A DNA stretch of 64,000 nucleotides from Gammaproteobacteria bacterium (GTDB taxonomy: Bacteria; Pseudomonadota; Gammaproteobacteria; Pseudomonadales; Azotimanducaceae). The position numbers and the translations under genes are program-made. Below, piece by piece: positions 18,432 to 27,026 of this stretch; positions within the stretch are counted from its first letter, which is position 1, and each line of letters opens with the position of its first letter. Location of the stretch: contig JABIZD010000017.1 of the NCBI GenBank assembly GCA_018666555.1, positions 33,022 to 97,021 on the forward strand. Reading direction: 5' to 3'. The notes under the pieces were generated by a model that made no database searches, was not told where the DNA came from, and saw only the letters and a list, made by a program, of their open reading frames with translations.

Positions 18432-18537
18432 TTACCCTTGTTGGGCTGGTTTCCTGAGGCTGTTTTGCACAAACTTTTGTGATTGTTGGCTTGCAAGTAA
18501 ATAGTTTAGATGCCCTGGTGCCTCACACGTGCCAAGG
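18432..18537 (-). pseudogene. Remnant of the 3' end (about 34 codons plus stop) of a paralogous MBL-fold hydrolase gene
   Basis: By hand alignment, 18469-18535 matches 18596-18662 (inside the intact gene) at 52 of 67 positions without gaps. The remnant translates to LGTCEAPGHLNYLLASQQSQKFVQNSLRKPAQQG*, against IGTCEALAHLNYLLERQQLQMFVEDNGVKRFQQN* in the intact gene. The stop falls at the same aligned codon (18432-18434). Confidence 0.7.
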
Positions 18538-18558
18538 GCGGGAGTAGGATAGAGGGTC

Positions 18559-19596
18559 TTAATTTTGTTGGAAGCGCTTCACACCATTGTCTTCTACAAA
18601 CATTTGTAATTGCTGACGCTCGAGTAAATAGTTTAGGTGCGCCAGGGCCTCGCAGGTGCCAATGACCAGGTTATGATCTTCGACCTTACCTTTAAAAAGA
18701 GCAGGAAAAACATCCACCACACGCTTTGGTGTGTTGCAGTTCTCATGCAGTCTAGCAAGAGCTTGTTCATGGTCATCAATGATTTCCTGAATCCGCAGCG
18801 GCGCACCGTAAAAAGGATCACCGTGGGAAGGAAGTATTAGCACGGTCTCGTCTATACGGTTCTTAAATCGACGACAGCTTTCTAACCATTCTTCAAGGGG
18901 ATTGCTTTGAGGTTGGTCGGGTCTGACGCTGACGTTTGGTGTAATCCGAGGCAGAATCTGATCGCCCGCGATGAGCAGATTCAAGTCCTCGCAATACAGG
19001 CAGGCATGCTCGGGAGAATGCCCGCTTCCTACCATCACAGTCCATTCGTGTTCGCCTATTGTTATTTTCTCATGGTCTTTTATTTGACGATACGAGGTTG
19101 GCATGGCAGTCATAAAATGACTTCTAGCCTGAAATCGATCCCGGAACACAGCGAGTTCTTCATGCTGAAATCCTGCTGATTTGTAGAACTCGACCGTCTC
19201 TGTTGAAGGGTCTTCTTTCATTTCAGACGAAAACACACGGCAGGATAGATATTCTGAGCGCGGCATCCAGAGGTCTACTTCACATTTCCTGCACAGCCAA
19301 CCAGCCAGACCAATATGGTCGAGGTGCATATGAGTACCGATAACCCGCTTGACCGGTTTGGAGTCAAGTTGGTTTTCTAATAAAGACTCCCACAGCGATT
19401 TGGTTTCATCAGTAGACATGCCGGTATCAACGATAGTCCAGCCGTCATCGTCGTCGAGTAACCACAGGTTGATGTGATTGAGGCTGATCGGAAGTGGCAT
19501 TCTTAACCAGTACACGCCGATAGCGACTTCGATTTTATGTGCTGGTTCTGGACGAGCCTCGAAAGGATAGGCCAGATTGTTGGAGCCTATTCTCAT
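18559..19596 (-). CDS. Metallo-beta-lactamase (MBL) fold hydrolase
   Basis: HxHxDH motif GTHMHLDHIGL. 345 aa. Its start overlaps the LacI gene stop by 4 nt. Confidence 0.85.
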   Translation of the reverse strand: MRIGSNNLAYPFEARPEPAHKIEVAIGVYWLRMPLPISLNHINLWLLDDDDGWTIVDTGMSTDETKSLWESLLENQLDSKPVKRVIGTHMHLDHIGLAGWLCRKCEVDLWMPRSEYLSCRVFSSEMKEDPSTETVEFYKSAGFQHEELAVFRDRFQARSHFMTAMPTSYRQIKDHEKITIGEHEWTVMVGSGHSPEHACLYCEDLNLLIAGDQILPRITPNVSVRPDQPQSNPLEEWLESCRRFKNRIDETVLILPSHGDPFYGAPLRIQEIIDDHEQALARLHENCNTPKRVVDVFPALFKGKVEDHNLVIGTCEALAHLNYLLERQQLQMFVEDNGVKRFQQN

Positions 19597-20633
19597 TGAG
19601 TTTCTCCTGTCTTAGGGTTAGAAATAATTCGCGTTGTGCCGCGTTGAATAAACTCTGCTTGATACCGGTAGGACTCTGGTTGTACTGAAGGATCCTCTAT
19701 ACCAGTGATCAGTGTCATAACCGCTTTACTGACCATTTCATCATGTGGAATTTTAATGGTTGAAAGGCTCTGATCCTGCCAGGCTGATGCGGGTATATCG
19801 CCCAAGCCGACGATTGCTAATTCTTCCGGTACTTTTATACCCAGATTTTGCCTGCATCCGGCTAGAATTCCGAGCGCGGTATTATCAGAAGTGCAGACGA
19901 TTGCATCGGGGCGTGTTTCTGGTTGCTTCCAGATGTTCTCGATTTCCCGCATGCCTGCCTCATAGCCATCAATGCCTGTTTGCTGGGAAATAATACGCAT
20001 GTGTGGATGTTCAGCGACAGTACTAACAATGGCCTTGGTCATGTCGATAACGATTTGGCTTTTGGGGTTAGCGCTGATCAGGGCCAGACGTTTATAGGAC
20101 CGAGCCAATAAGGAGGACGCAATCTGATTACCGATACCTGTGGCATCAACACTGACTGATGAGGTATTGAGGGACTGACCGTTTTGGTTGAGCAAAACGA
20201 TAGGCACCTGTGCGCGGGCATACTCCGCTGAAATTTCTGCTGTCGGTGCTGCAGAAAAAACGATGACGCCATCAACTTGGTAGCGTAGAAATTCGCGTAG
20301 AACTTCATCGGTAAGACGAGACCCGGTAGCTGATTGAACGATCACTTTATAATCGTGCTCGGTGAGCGCCTCAGTAATGTTTTTTAAGAGATCAGCAGCC
20401 TTGGGGTGGGTCCAGTTGGCAAATAACAGCCCAACCAGTCTTGACCGCCTTTTCGAAAGGCTGCGCGCGATGATGTTCGGTTGGTAACCTAGTTTCGCAG
20501 CCGCAGCTTCAATTTTCTTGCGGGCTCGATCAGAAATGCTGGCGCCCGGAGTGAATGCCCTGGAGACGGTAGCTTGAGAGACGCCAGCTAAAGCCGCTAC
20601 ATCCTGAGAATTTGCACGTCTTGCTATGTTCAT
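19593..20633 (-). CDS. LacI family transcriptional regulator
   Basis: N-terminal helix-turn-helix ANSQDVAALAGVSQATVSRAFT plus a periplasmic-binding-protein-like C-terminal domain. 346 aa. Confidence 0.9.
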   Translation of the reverse strand: MNIARRANSQDVAALAGVSQATVSRAFTPGASISDRARKKIEAAAAKLGYQPNIIARSLSKRRSRLVGLLFANWTHPKAADLLKNITEALTEHDYKVIVQSATGSRLTDEVLREFLRYQVDGVIVFSAAPTAEISAEYARAQVPIVLLNQNGQSLNTSSVSVDATGIGNQIASSLLARSYKRLALISANPKSQIVIDMTKAIVSTVAEHPHMRIISQQTGIDGYEAGMREIENIWKQPETRPDAIVCTSDNTALGILAGCRQNLGIKVPEELAIVGLGDIPASAWQDQSLSTIKIPHDEMVSKAVMTLITGIEDPSVQPESYRYQAEFIQRGTTRIISNPKTGETQ

Positions 20634-20706
20634 GGTTGTACTGGATCGGCTTTGTAAATGAGTGAATCAGGCGTTGCAATCAACATGGGTCGTCCTTTTC
20701 AATTTT

Positions 20707-20720
20707 TGCATGCGATTGCA
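20707..20720. promoter_or_regulatory. Candidate LacI-family operator 1 (TGCATGCGATTGCA)
   Basis: Imperfect palindrome fitting the TGnAAnCGnTTnCA consensus at 13 of 14 defined-or-free positions. It lies in the 304-bp divergent region between the LacI gene and the CoA-transferase gene and is flanked by the repeated AATTTTTGC motif. Confidence 0.5.
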
Positions 20721-20817
20721 ATTTATTGTATACCAATAGAATAAATTTCTACAGTAAAACTTTAACTTATTGAATAATAACAGTTAAATTAATGTTAATA
20801 CACCTGCCCTCGATTTT

Positions 20818-20831
20818 TGCATACGCTTGCA
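20818..20831. promoter_or_regulatory. Candidate LacI-family operator 2 (TGCATACGCTTGCA)
   Basis: A second copy of the same operator type. The wider sequence TTTTTGCATACGCTTGCAAAAA is an 18/22 palindrome. It sits about 107 nt upstream of the ATG at 20938. Confidence 0.5.
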
Positions 20832-20937
20832 AAAATTGTTCAATTTTTGCTACTATCGGTTATTGTAATCAGTATTAGTTGCTGTTGATGGCTGCAATAG
20901 GGCAGGCGTTTGAATGGCAGAGTTAAAGGAGTTTGCT

Positions 20938-23259
20938 ATGCATAAGGATATAAAATCTGTATCGGGGCCGTTAGCCGGTGTGCGGGTCCTGAATATTGGG
21001 ACTTCCATTGTTGGTCCCTGGGCCGCCTCCTTGCTTGCCCACCTTGGTGCCGATTCGGTTAAGGTTGAACGGCCCGATGGTGAGTTCATCCGATTACTCC
21101 ATCCCATGCAGAAAGGCATATCAACGTGCTATACAGCGAGTAATAATCACCAAAGATCCGCTGAACTGGACCTGAAAAAGCCCGAGCATCTTGATGCTGT
21201 GCGGCGTTTGGGTGCCGAAGCCGATGTGCTTATTGAGAACTTCCGACCTGGTGTGACTGATCGCATAGGATTGGGCTACGCAGAGCTAAATGATACCAAT
21301 AGCGGGTTGGTTTATGTCTCCAGTAGTAGCTGGGGAGACGTTGGACCAATGCGTGACATGGCAGCTTTAGACCCGCATGTGCAGGCATTCAGTGGTTTTG
21401 GAAGTCTTAATGGTCAGTTGGGAGGAGTGCCTGAAATGCTGCGTTTTGTTCACATGGACCCTGCGGGCTCGGCGGTCGTCACGGGCCTTGCCTTGCTTGG
21501 CTTGTTGCAACGCGAACGGTTCGGAACAGCCAGTCACCTTAAAACCAGCCATTTTACCATGGGCGTAGCAATGCAAATGAACAGAGCTGCTGAGTCTCTA
21601 CTGACAGATTCATCGGTGCAACTGTTAGGAAGTGCCTCATCAAGCAGTGCCCCCAACCAGTGTTTTCAAATGCTGGATAACGAATACATCGCAGTTGCCT
21701 GCGAAACTCAGGCCCAGTGGGCTGGGTTTTGTCGCGCACTGGATATTGAGCCTCTGATGGAAGATCCTCGGTTTGTTACTAATGTTGATCGAGTTAAAAA
21801 CCGCGAGCAACTTGCTGGCATAGTAGGTGAGGTAATCAGGGGGAAGCCAAAGCGATGGTGGGTTGTACGTTTCGAAAGAGAAGGCGTCCCGCATGGCTTA
21901 AGTTTGGATTTTGAGCAGATTCGGTATCACCAGCAGATCGTTGAAAATGGCATGCTCACGACGATCAATGCCCCTCACCAGGGTGAGATTATCGTCGGGG
22001 AGGTACCCTGGAACTTCAGTAAAACTGCCGCCAGCATTAACCCCCAGGTAGCAGTGCCGGGCGAACATACCGAGCAGTTGATTGACGCTGGCTTCGGCGG
22101 ACCAGCTCAGTCCCAGGTGCAAACAGATCAGGAAAGCACGTCATCATCGCCCCTCGATGGGCTACGGGTTATAGATACAACACAAGGTTTTGCCGGGCCC
22201 TATCTCGGTCTGTTGCTGGCAGAGGCAGGTGCAGAAGTAATAAAAATTGAACCCCCCGAAGGTGACTGGGCAAGGCAGCTTGCTCCCAGGGTCGAGTCAG
22301 GTAACAGTGCTTTGTATGATGCCTTCAATAGAAATAAAAAAAGTCGCCGGCTCGACCTTGACAGTGTAGAGGGTCAGGCTGAATTAAAATCGTTGCTAAG
22401 TGACGCGGCTGTTTTTCTTGAAGACTGGACCCCAGGGCTAGCCAAGACCAGAGGATTAGACTATGACGCCTTGGCTAAGTACAACCCTGGCCTGGTGTAT
22501 CACGCATTGACTCCCTTTGGAGAAACTGGTCCTATGCGTGACATGCCAGGTAGTGAATTGGTTATCCAGGCAATGACTGGATACCTTCGACTGCTGGGAA
22601 CCCTGGGTGAGCCACCAGTGCGCGTAGGTTCAGATATTGTCGCGACCTGTAGCGGGTCGGTCGCGTTTATTGGTGTGCTTGCGGCGCTTTACCATCGAGA
22701 AAAAACAGGAGAAGGTCAGAGAGTTGCTACCAGTTTGCTGGGAGCAATGATGTCGTTGAGAACCAATCAATGGGCAGCCTTGACAGACCCGGATGAATGG
22801 CTCGGAGATTCCTATTGTACAAACGAGACGGATAGTCCGCACAGTGGTTATCAGAGTAAAGACAGGCCCGTCTATATGAGTCCCTCGCCACAGTTATCAG
22901 AGGAAGACTTTCTTGAAATGCTGGAGTTGCTCGGTATGCGTGAGGAGTTCAGCAGCAATTCTGAATTCTCTGAAAATTGGTGGTTTACCTTCGGTATGGG
23001 TTATCTGGCAAGACAGGCCAAGCCTTTATGGGAAAAGTACACAACACAATTTACCGCAGAGGAAATCATTATCCTGTTAGAAGATTTCCCGAACGTGTGG
23101 GCGGTGGAATTTGCAGAACTGGGCGCTTTGATGAAGCATCCCCAGGTGGTAGCAAATGACCTGGTTCACCACGTCAATGGAAGAGGTTATGTGCGTGCTC
23201 CATGGCAAGTGCCATGGGAAATGCCAGAGGTGTACGAGGCCAATACAAAGTCTGCTTAG
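20938..23259 (+). CDS. Two-domain (tandem CaiB) family III CoA-transferase
   Basis: Two copies of the N-terminal Rossmann-like motif: LAGVRVLNIGTSIVGPWAASLLAHLGADSVKVERP, and LDGLRVIDTTQGFAGPYLGLLLAEAGAEVIKIEPP at about residue 415. The canonical GSD...LAALYHREKTGEGQ motif is present only in the second half. I prefer the ATG at 20938, 6 nt after AAGGAG (20926-20931). Confidence 0.85.
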   Translation: MHKDIKSVSGPLAGVRVLNIGTSIVGPWAASLLAHLGADSVKVERPDGEFIRLLHPMQKGISTCYTASNNHQRSAELDLKKPEHLDAVRRLGAEADVLIENFRPGVTDRIGLGYAELNDTNSGLVYVSSSSWGDVGPMRDMAALDPHVQAFSGFGSLNGQLGGVPEMLRFVHMDPAGSAVVTGLALLGLLQRERFGTASHLKTSHFTMGVAMQMNRAAESLLTDSSVQLLGSASSSSAPNQCFQMLDNEYIAVACETQAQWAGFCRALDIEPLMEDPRFVTNVDRVKNREQLAGIVGEVIRGKPKRWWVVRFEREGVPHGLSLDFEQIRYHQQIVENGMLTTINAPHQGEIIVGEVPWNFSKTAASINPQVAVPGEHTEQLIDAGFGGPAQSQVQTDQESTSSSPLDGLRVIDTTQGFAGPYLGLLLAEAGAEVIKIEPPEGDWARQLAPRVESGNSALYDAFNRNKKSRRLDLDSVEGQAELKSLLSDAAVFLEDWTPGLAKTRGLDYDALAKYNPGLVYHALTPFGETGPMRDMPGSELVIQAMTGYLRLLGTLGEPPVRVGSDIVATCSGSVAFIGVLAALYHREKTGEGQRVATSLLGAMMSLRTNQWAALTDPDEWLGDSYCTNETDSPHSGYQSKDRPVYMSPSPQLSEEDFLEMLELLGMREEFSSNSEFSENWWFTFGMGYLARQAKPLWEKYTTQFTAEEIIILLEDFPNVWAVEFAELGALMKHPQVVANDLVHHVNGRGYVRAPWQVPWEMPEVYEANTKSA

Positions 23260-23271
23260 CTGAAAAGCTTG

Positions 23272-24807
23272 CTAAGTCATTTCGCGTAGTGCCGCCTTAA
23301 GGAGTTTGCCGCCGGCATTTCGTGGTAATTCTTTGATTGCCTGGTATTCTCTCGGGACTTTGTATTTGGCCAGCAAGGTTTCGACAAAAGCAGCGAGTTG
23401 ATCCGGAATGATTTGTTCGCCGTCACAGGGTACCACGAATGCTTTCAGGCGCTCTCCCCATTTGTCGTCGGGTACCCCTATTACGGCAGCTTCGGCTATA
23501 GCAGCGTGTTGCTCTAATACGTTCTCGATTTCCCGGGGGTATATATTAATACCACCTGAGAGAACCATATCCTTTTTTCGATCAATGATGTAGAGATAGC
23601 CGTCGGCATCTCTGCGGGCTATATCACCGACGGTAACCCAGCCTGCATTAAAAGCAGCCTCGGTTTCATCCGGATTATTCCAATAGCCATTGAATAGATA
23701 TGGACTGGAGGAAAATAATTCTCCTGGTTCGTCTGGGCCGCACTCCTCTCCTTGTTCGTTTCTTAAGCTGATCAGGTTGGTATCAAACGGCAGGCCGACA
23801 CAGTTTTGTTTGCGTCTTTGATCTTCAGGACGAAGGTTGCTTACTATGCTGGCTTCGGTTGACCCATAGGTCTCGTGCAGCAAGTCATCTCCGAAATATT
23901 CGAGGATCCGTTCTTTTGTGGCATGTGGTAGTGGCGCTGCATTAGAGATAATCGAACCCAGTTCGGTACCCTGATACTGCCTTAGGGTTTCAGGCGTTAA
24001 AGCAAAAATTTTGTGAAAATGAGTAGGTACCATGAAAACACCGGTGATATTGTCCTCATGCAAAATTCTTAGGACGGTCTCAGCGTCAAATCGATTGATC
24101 AACTGTACGTAACCACCAAAAAACAGTGAAGCAAGTGCAAATGCCAGACCGGCCCCGTGACACAAAGGGGCTATTGCCAGAAAGCGATCTTCAGAAGTGT
24201 AGCAGCCATACTCGGCGGCCATCCCATGGAATGTCATTATTCTTGAACGATGCGAAACCAGCACACCTTTTGGTCGACCGGTGGTGCCGGAGGTATAGGG
24301 AATGGTGAAAACATCGTCTGCTGATACTTCAGGCAGGGATCCTCCGCCAGATGATGAGCTGATCCAGGACTCGAAGTCCTCGCCAAGCACGATAATTTTT
24401 TTAACGCTCGCAAATGTGCAGGCCAGTAATCGCTCAGCGTTGTGAAGGTCTGTAAACAGGACTTGGGCTAAAGCATCATCACAGATTGCTGTGATTTCTG
24501 CTGCACTCAATTGGGGGTTGATCGTTGCCAGCGGGACTCCGGCTTGTGAGGCCCCGGCGATGACTTCTACATATTCAATTGAATTGCCGGCGACAATAGC
24601 GGCATGTACTTGACTGGTAAGATCCATTTGTTCAAGAAATCCCATACTGACCCGGTCAATCCGAGTAATGAGCTCCGAGTAGGTCCGAGTGCTGTCTGAG
24701 TCCGTTATTGCGATCTTGGTAGGGGTCAGCTGCATTGCCGCGCGTATACCACTGACTAGTGATAATGATTCACTTATTGCGGGTTTTTGGTGTTCATCGA
24801 TGTTCAT
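23272..24807 (-). CDS. AMP-forming acyl-CoA synthetase/ligase (ANL superfamily)
   Basis: AMP-binding motif YTSGTTGRPKGV, then later GELFSSSPYLFNGYW and the C-terminal GKLLK. 511 aa. Confidence 0.9.
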   Translation of the reverse strand: MNIDEHQKPAISESLSLVSGIRAAMQLTPTKIAITDSDSTRTYSELITRIDRVSMGFLEQMDLTSQVHAAIVAGNSIEYVEVIAGASQAGVPLATINPQLSAAEITAICDDALAQVLFTDLHNAERLLACTFASVKKIIVLGEDFESWISSSSGGGSLPEVSADDVFTIPYTSGTTGRPKGVLVSHRSRIMTFHGMAAEYGCYTSEDRFLAIAPLCHGAGLAFALASLFFGGYVQLINRFDAETVLRILHEDNITGVFMVPTHFHKIFALTPETLRQYQGTELGSIISNAAPLPHATKERILEYFGDDLLHETYGSTEASIVSNLRPEDQRRKQNCVGLPFDTNLISLRNEQGEECGPDEPGELFSSSPYLFNGYWNNPDETEAAFNAGWVTVGDIARRDADGYLYIIDRKKDMVLSGGINIYPREIENVLEQHAAIAEAAVIGVPDDKWGERLKAFVVPCDGEQIIPDQLAAFVETLLAKYKVPREYQAIKELPRNAGGKLLKAALREMT

Positions 24808-24822
24808 CAGGTTTCTAGATAT

Positions 24823-25683
24823 TTAGGTTGGTAGCTTAAAAACTCGGATTGCATTATCTCTCATCAAGAGAGTGTGAGATTCTGGCTTTAATCCCAGATT
24901 ATCGACCTCATCGACTGCCCGTTCGGGAGAAATCACTGGCCAGTCAGTACCGAACATGACTTTGTGCCTGCCAATGGTGTTGGCGTAATGCACATATTGA
25001 TCCGGCCAATAACGGGGCGCGTAAGCATCTCCAGCGGTATAGACGTTTTCATGTTTCCAGCACATGGCAATCATCTCATCTGTCCAAGGTATGCCAATGT
25101 GGATCCCTATTATCTTTAGGCTGGGAAAGTCAATCGCCACCTGGTCCAGCAAAATGGGTCTTGCCACCGAAGGTAGTCGGCGGTCCCGGTTGTAGACAAG
25201 GTTTTGGCCCACTTGCATCATGATTGGGATATCAAGTTCACAGCACTTGGCATAGTAAGGGTAGATCTGGGCTGCATCCGGTGGCATTGAGAACCAGTGT
25301 GGATACCAGTGAGCCCCTACGAAGCCATATTCTTTTACAGCCACTTCAAGGTCACGCAGTCCCTGCATGCCTCGGGTAGGGTCAACGCCGGCAAGACCAG
25401 AAAACCGATCCGGGTATTGCTGGCAGACATCCCGAACATACGCATAGGGTACTTCAAAGGATCCCCTGACGTTAAGATCTCCACCACGAACAGCGATTAG
25501 AAGCGACCTTTCTATCCCTGCATTGTCCATTTTCAAAATGTAGTCCTGCATGGAGACCCCTCCACGCATATCCTCAGGCATTCTCACCTGTTGTTTGAAG
25601 TCATCGTCAATACCCATTCTGTCTTCGTCAACGACCTGTGGTGTATAGAGATTGCAGACAATATCGATGTAGTTGTTGGCCAT
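24823..25683 (-). CDS. Amidohydrolase_2 (ACMSD/LigI-like) family protein
   Basis: 286-aa ORF, 15 nt upstream of the ligase gene, with overall family resemblance (HWYPHW, IMMQVG, MFGTDWP). The N-terminus reads YIDIVCNL where many family members have ID-H-x-H, so the metal-binding site may be atypical. Confidence 0.65.
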   Translation of the reverse strand: MANNYIDIVCNLYTPQVVDEDRMGIDDDFKQQVRMPEDMRGGVSMQDYILKMDNAGIERSLLIAVRGGDLNVRGSFEVPYAYVRDVCQQYPDRFSGLAGVDPTRGMQGLRDLEVAVKEYGFVGAHWYPHWFSMPPDAAQIYPYYAKCCELDIPIMMQVGQNLVYNRDRRLPSVARPILLDQVAIDFPSLKIIGIHIGIPWTDEMIAMCWKHENVYTAGDAYAPRYWPDQYVHYANTIGRHKVMFGTDWPVISPERAVDEVDNLGLKPESHTLLMRDNAIRVFKLPT

Positions 25684-25823
25684 GCTTGAAACCAGTTTTT
25701 ATTGAGTTAGTGAACTACAGGCATCGTGCTAGTCGTGTTGATTGTTACCAATCTCCGTTTTGCTGGGATCAGCAGCGAGCAGCGATGTCATTTTCAGCCA
25801 ATAGATCCTTATCTAAACAACAC

Positions 25824-25857
25824 ATTCCTATATAAAGGAATATATTCTTATATAAAG
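25824..25857. promoter_or_regulatory. AT-rich repeat block: inverted repeat ATTCCT-N6-AGGAAT overlapping two TATATAAAG direct repeats spaced 20 bp apart
   Basis: Read directly: ATTCCT 25824-25829, AGGAAT 25836-25841, TATATAAAG at 25829-25837 and again at 25849-25857. It lies 140-175 nt upstream of the amidohydrolase_2 / ligase operon start (25683, - strand). Confidence 0.4.
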
Positions 25858-25911
25858 CAGCGTGTCAACAAATTCTTTTATATAGATATTATATTCATAT
25901 ATACGAATTAA

Positions 25912-26700
25912 TTAGCTAACGGCTCTATCGTTTTGACCTAACTGTCTGATGGCTTGACGCATTTTCTGGATGATCTGTGTTTGATGAGTTTTGATGCGAC
26001 TGGATAAGCCGCCAATCGCTACCACCAGTGCTCGGTCAAGTTGGTTCGCTGGTAGAGCCATGGCAATTGCACCTGTATCCGTTAGTATTCGATCATAGGC
26101 CAAGGCATATCCATTGGCTCGAGTTGTTTCGATTTCCGCATTTAATTCATCAATATCCACCCTGTGTTCAGATAGCACAGCCTGTCGATTAGACCGCTTA
26201 ACTAGCTTGTCGATTTCCTGGTCACTGCGTGTAGCCAGGTGTGCGATACCGACTGCTGTGGCAAATATAGGAACTGTCAGACCTTCGTTTATGGATAGAG
26301 ACATGGGAAACGTCCCGGCTATCGCGGTAATGAACTGCATCGACAACTCATTCGGCATGGACAGGGTGACGGTCTCGCCGGTGAGGTTATGCAATTCGTT
26401 TAGCATATTTAAGGTATCACCGCCGCCGAGCAGCATATTTGGAAGCCAGTCGCCGAGCTTGGCCACTCGCAGGGAGGGAAAGTAACGCACTGTGCTGGGG
26501 TCCATAGTCAGATATCCAAGTGTTACCAGGCTTTTTAATAGAGCATCAGCGCTGGACTTAGGGTATTTGAGGTATTTGCAGATTTCCGTAGCAGTCAGGG
26601 CGGACTGTTGGTTGCGAAACAATTCTAATACGGCGAAAACTCGCTCAGCAGACTTGATAACTTCTTTTGAGATAGGGACTCTCCGATACGAACATTGCAC
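25912..26700 (-). CDS. IclR family transcriptional regulator
   Basis: Winged helix-turn-helix SAERVFAVLELF...ALTATEICKYLKYPKSSADALLKSLVTLGYL plus an IclR effector domain. I prefer the GTG start at 26700 (262 aa, family-typical length). The 371-aa ORF-track version adds an implausible low-complexity N-terminus. ATG 26766 is an alternative. Confidence 0.8.
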   Translation of the reverse strand: MQCSYRRVPISKEVIKSAERVFAVLELFRNQQSALTATEICKYLKYPKSSADALLKSLVTLGYLTMDPSTVRYFPSLRVAKLGDWLPNMLLGGGDTLNMLNELHNLTGETVTLSMPNELSMQFITAIAGTFPMSLSINEGLTVPIFATAVGIAHLATRSDQEIDKLVKRSNRQAVLSEHRVDIDELNAEIETTRANGYALAYDRILTDTGAIAMALPANQLDRALVVAIGGLSSRIKTHQTQIIQKMRQAIRQLGQNDRAVS

Positions 26701-26727
26701 AAATAATAACCAACTTTTTATTATTAA

Positions 26728-26756
26728 TACATATATATGAATAAAATATATATGTA
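26728..26756. promoter_or_regulatory. Perfect 11-bp inverted repeat TACATATATAT-N7-ATATATATGTA
   Basis: Read directly. Arms at 26728-26738 and 26746-26756, spacer GAATAAA. It lies 28-56 nt upstream of the preferred iclR start, within the region divergent from the acyl-CoA dehydrogenase gene. Confidence 0.5.
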
Positions 26757-27026
26757 CTAGAATCATTTGACAGATACCTGTAACTGGCATAGGCTCTGAA
26801 GTAGTCGATTTTGAAAACTCTTTCAGCGTTTCTTGTGTCGTAAAGAACGTAACCTGAGTTTTTGTATGCGTTGTCAGGATTGATTGTCTGGCCTGGTGGT
26901 TTGGTCGCCTCAGTGTGGTTTTTTGAGGTTCTGCCAGGATGACTGAACGCGGTATCAGAGATTTAGTATTTCTTTGAAGACAGGCTGAATAGAGAACGGT
27001 TCGAAAACTAGCTGGATAGGTCACCA

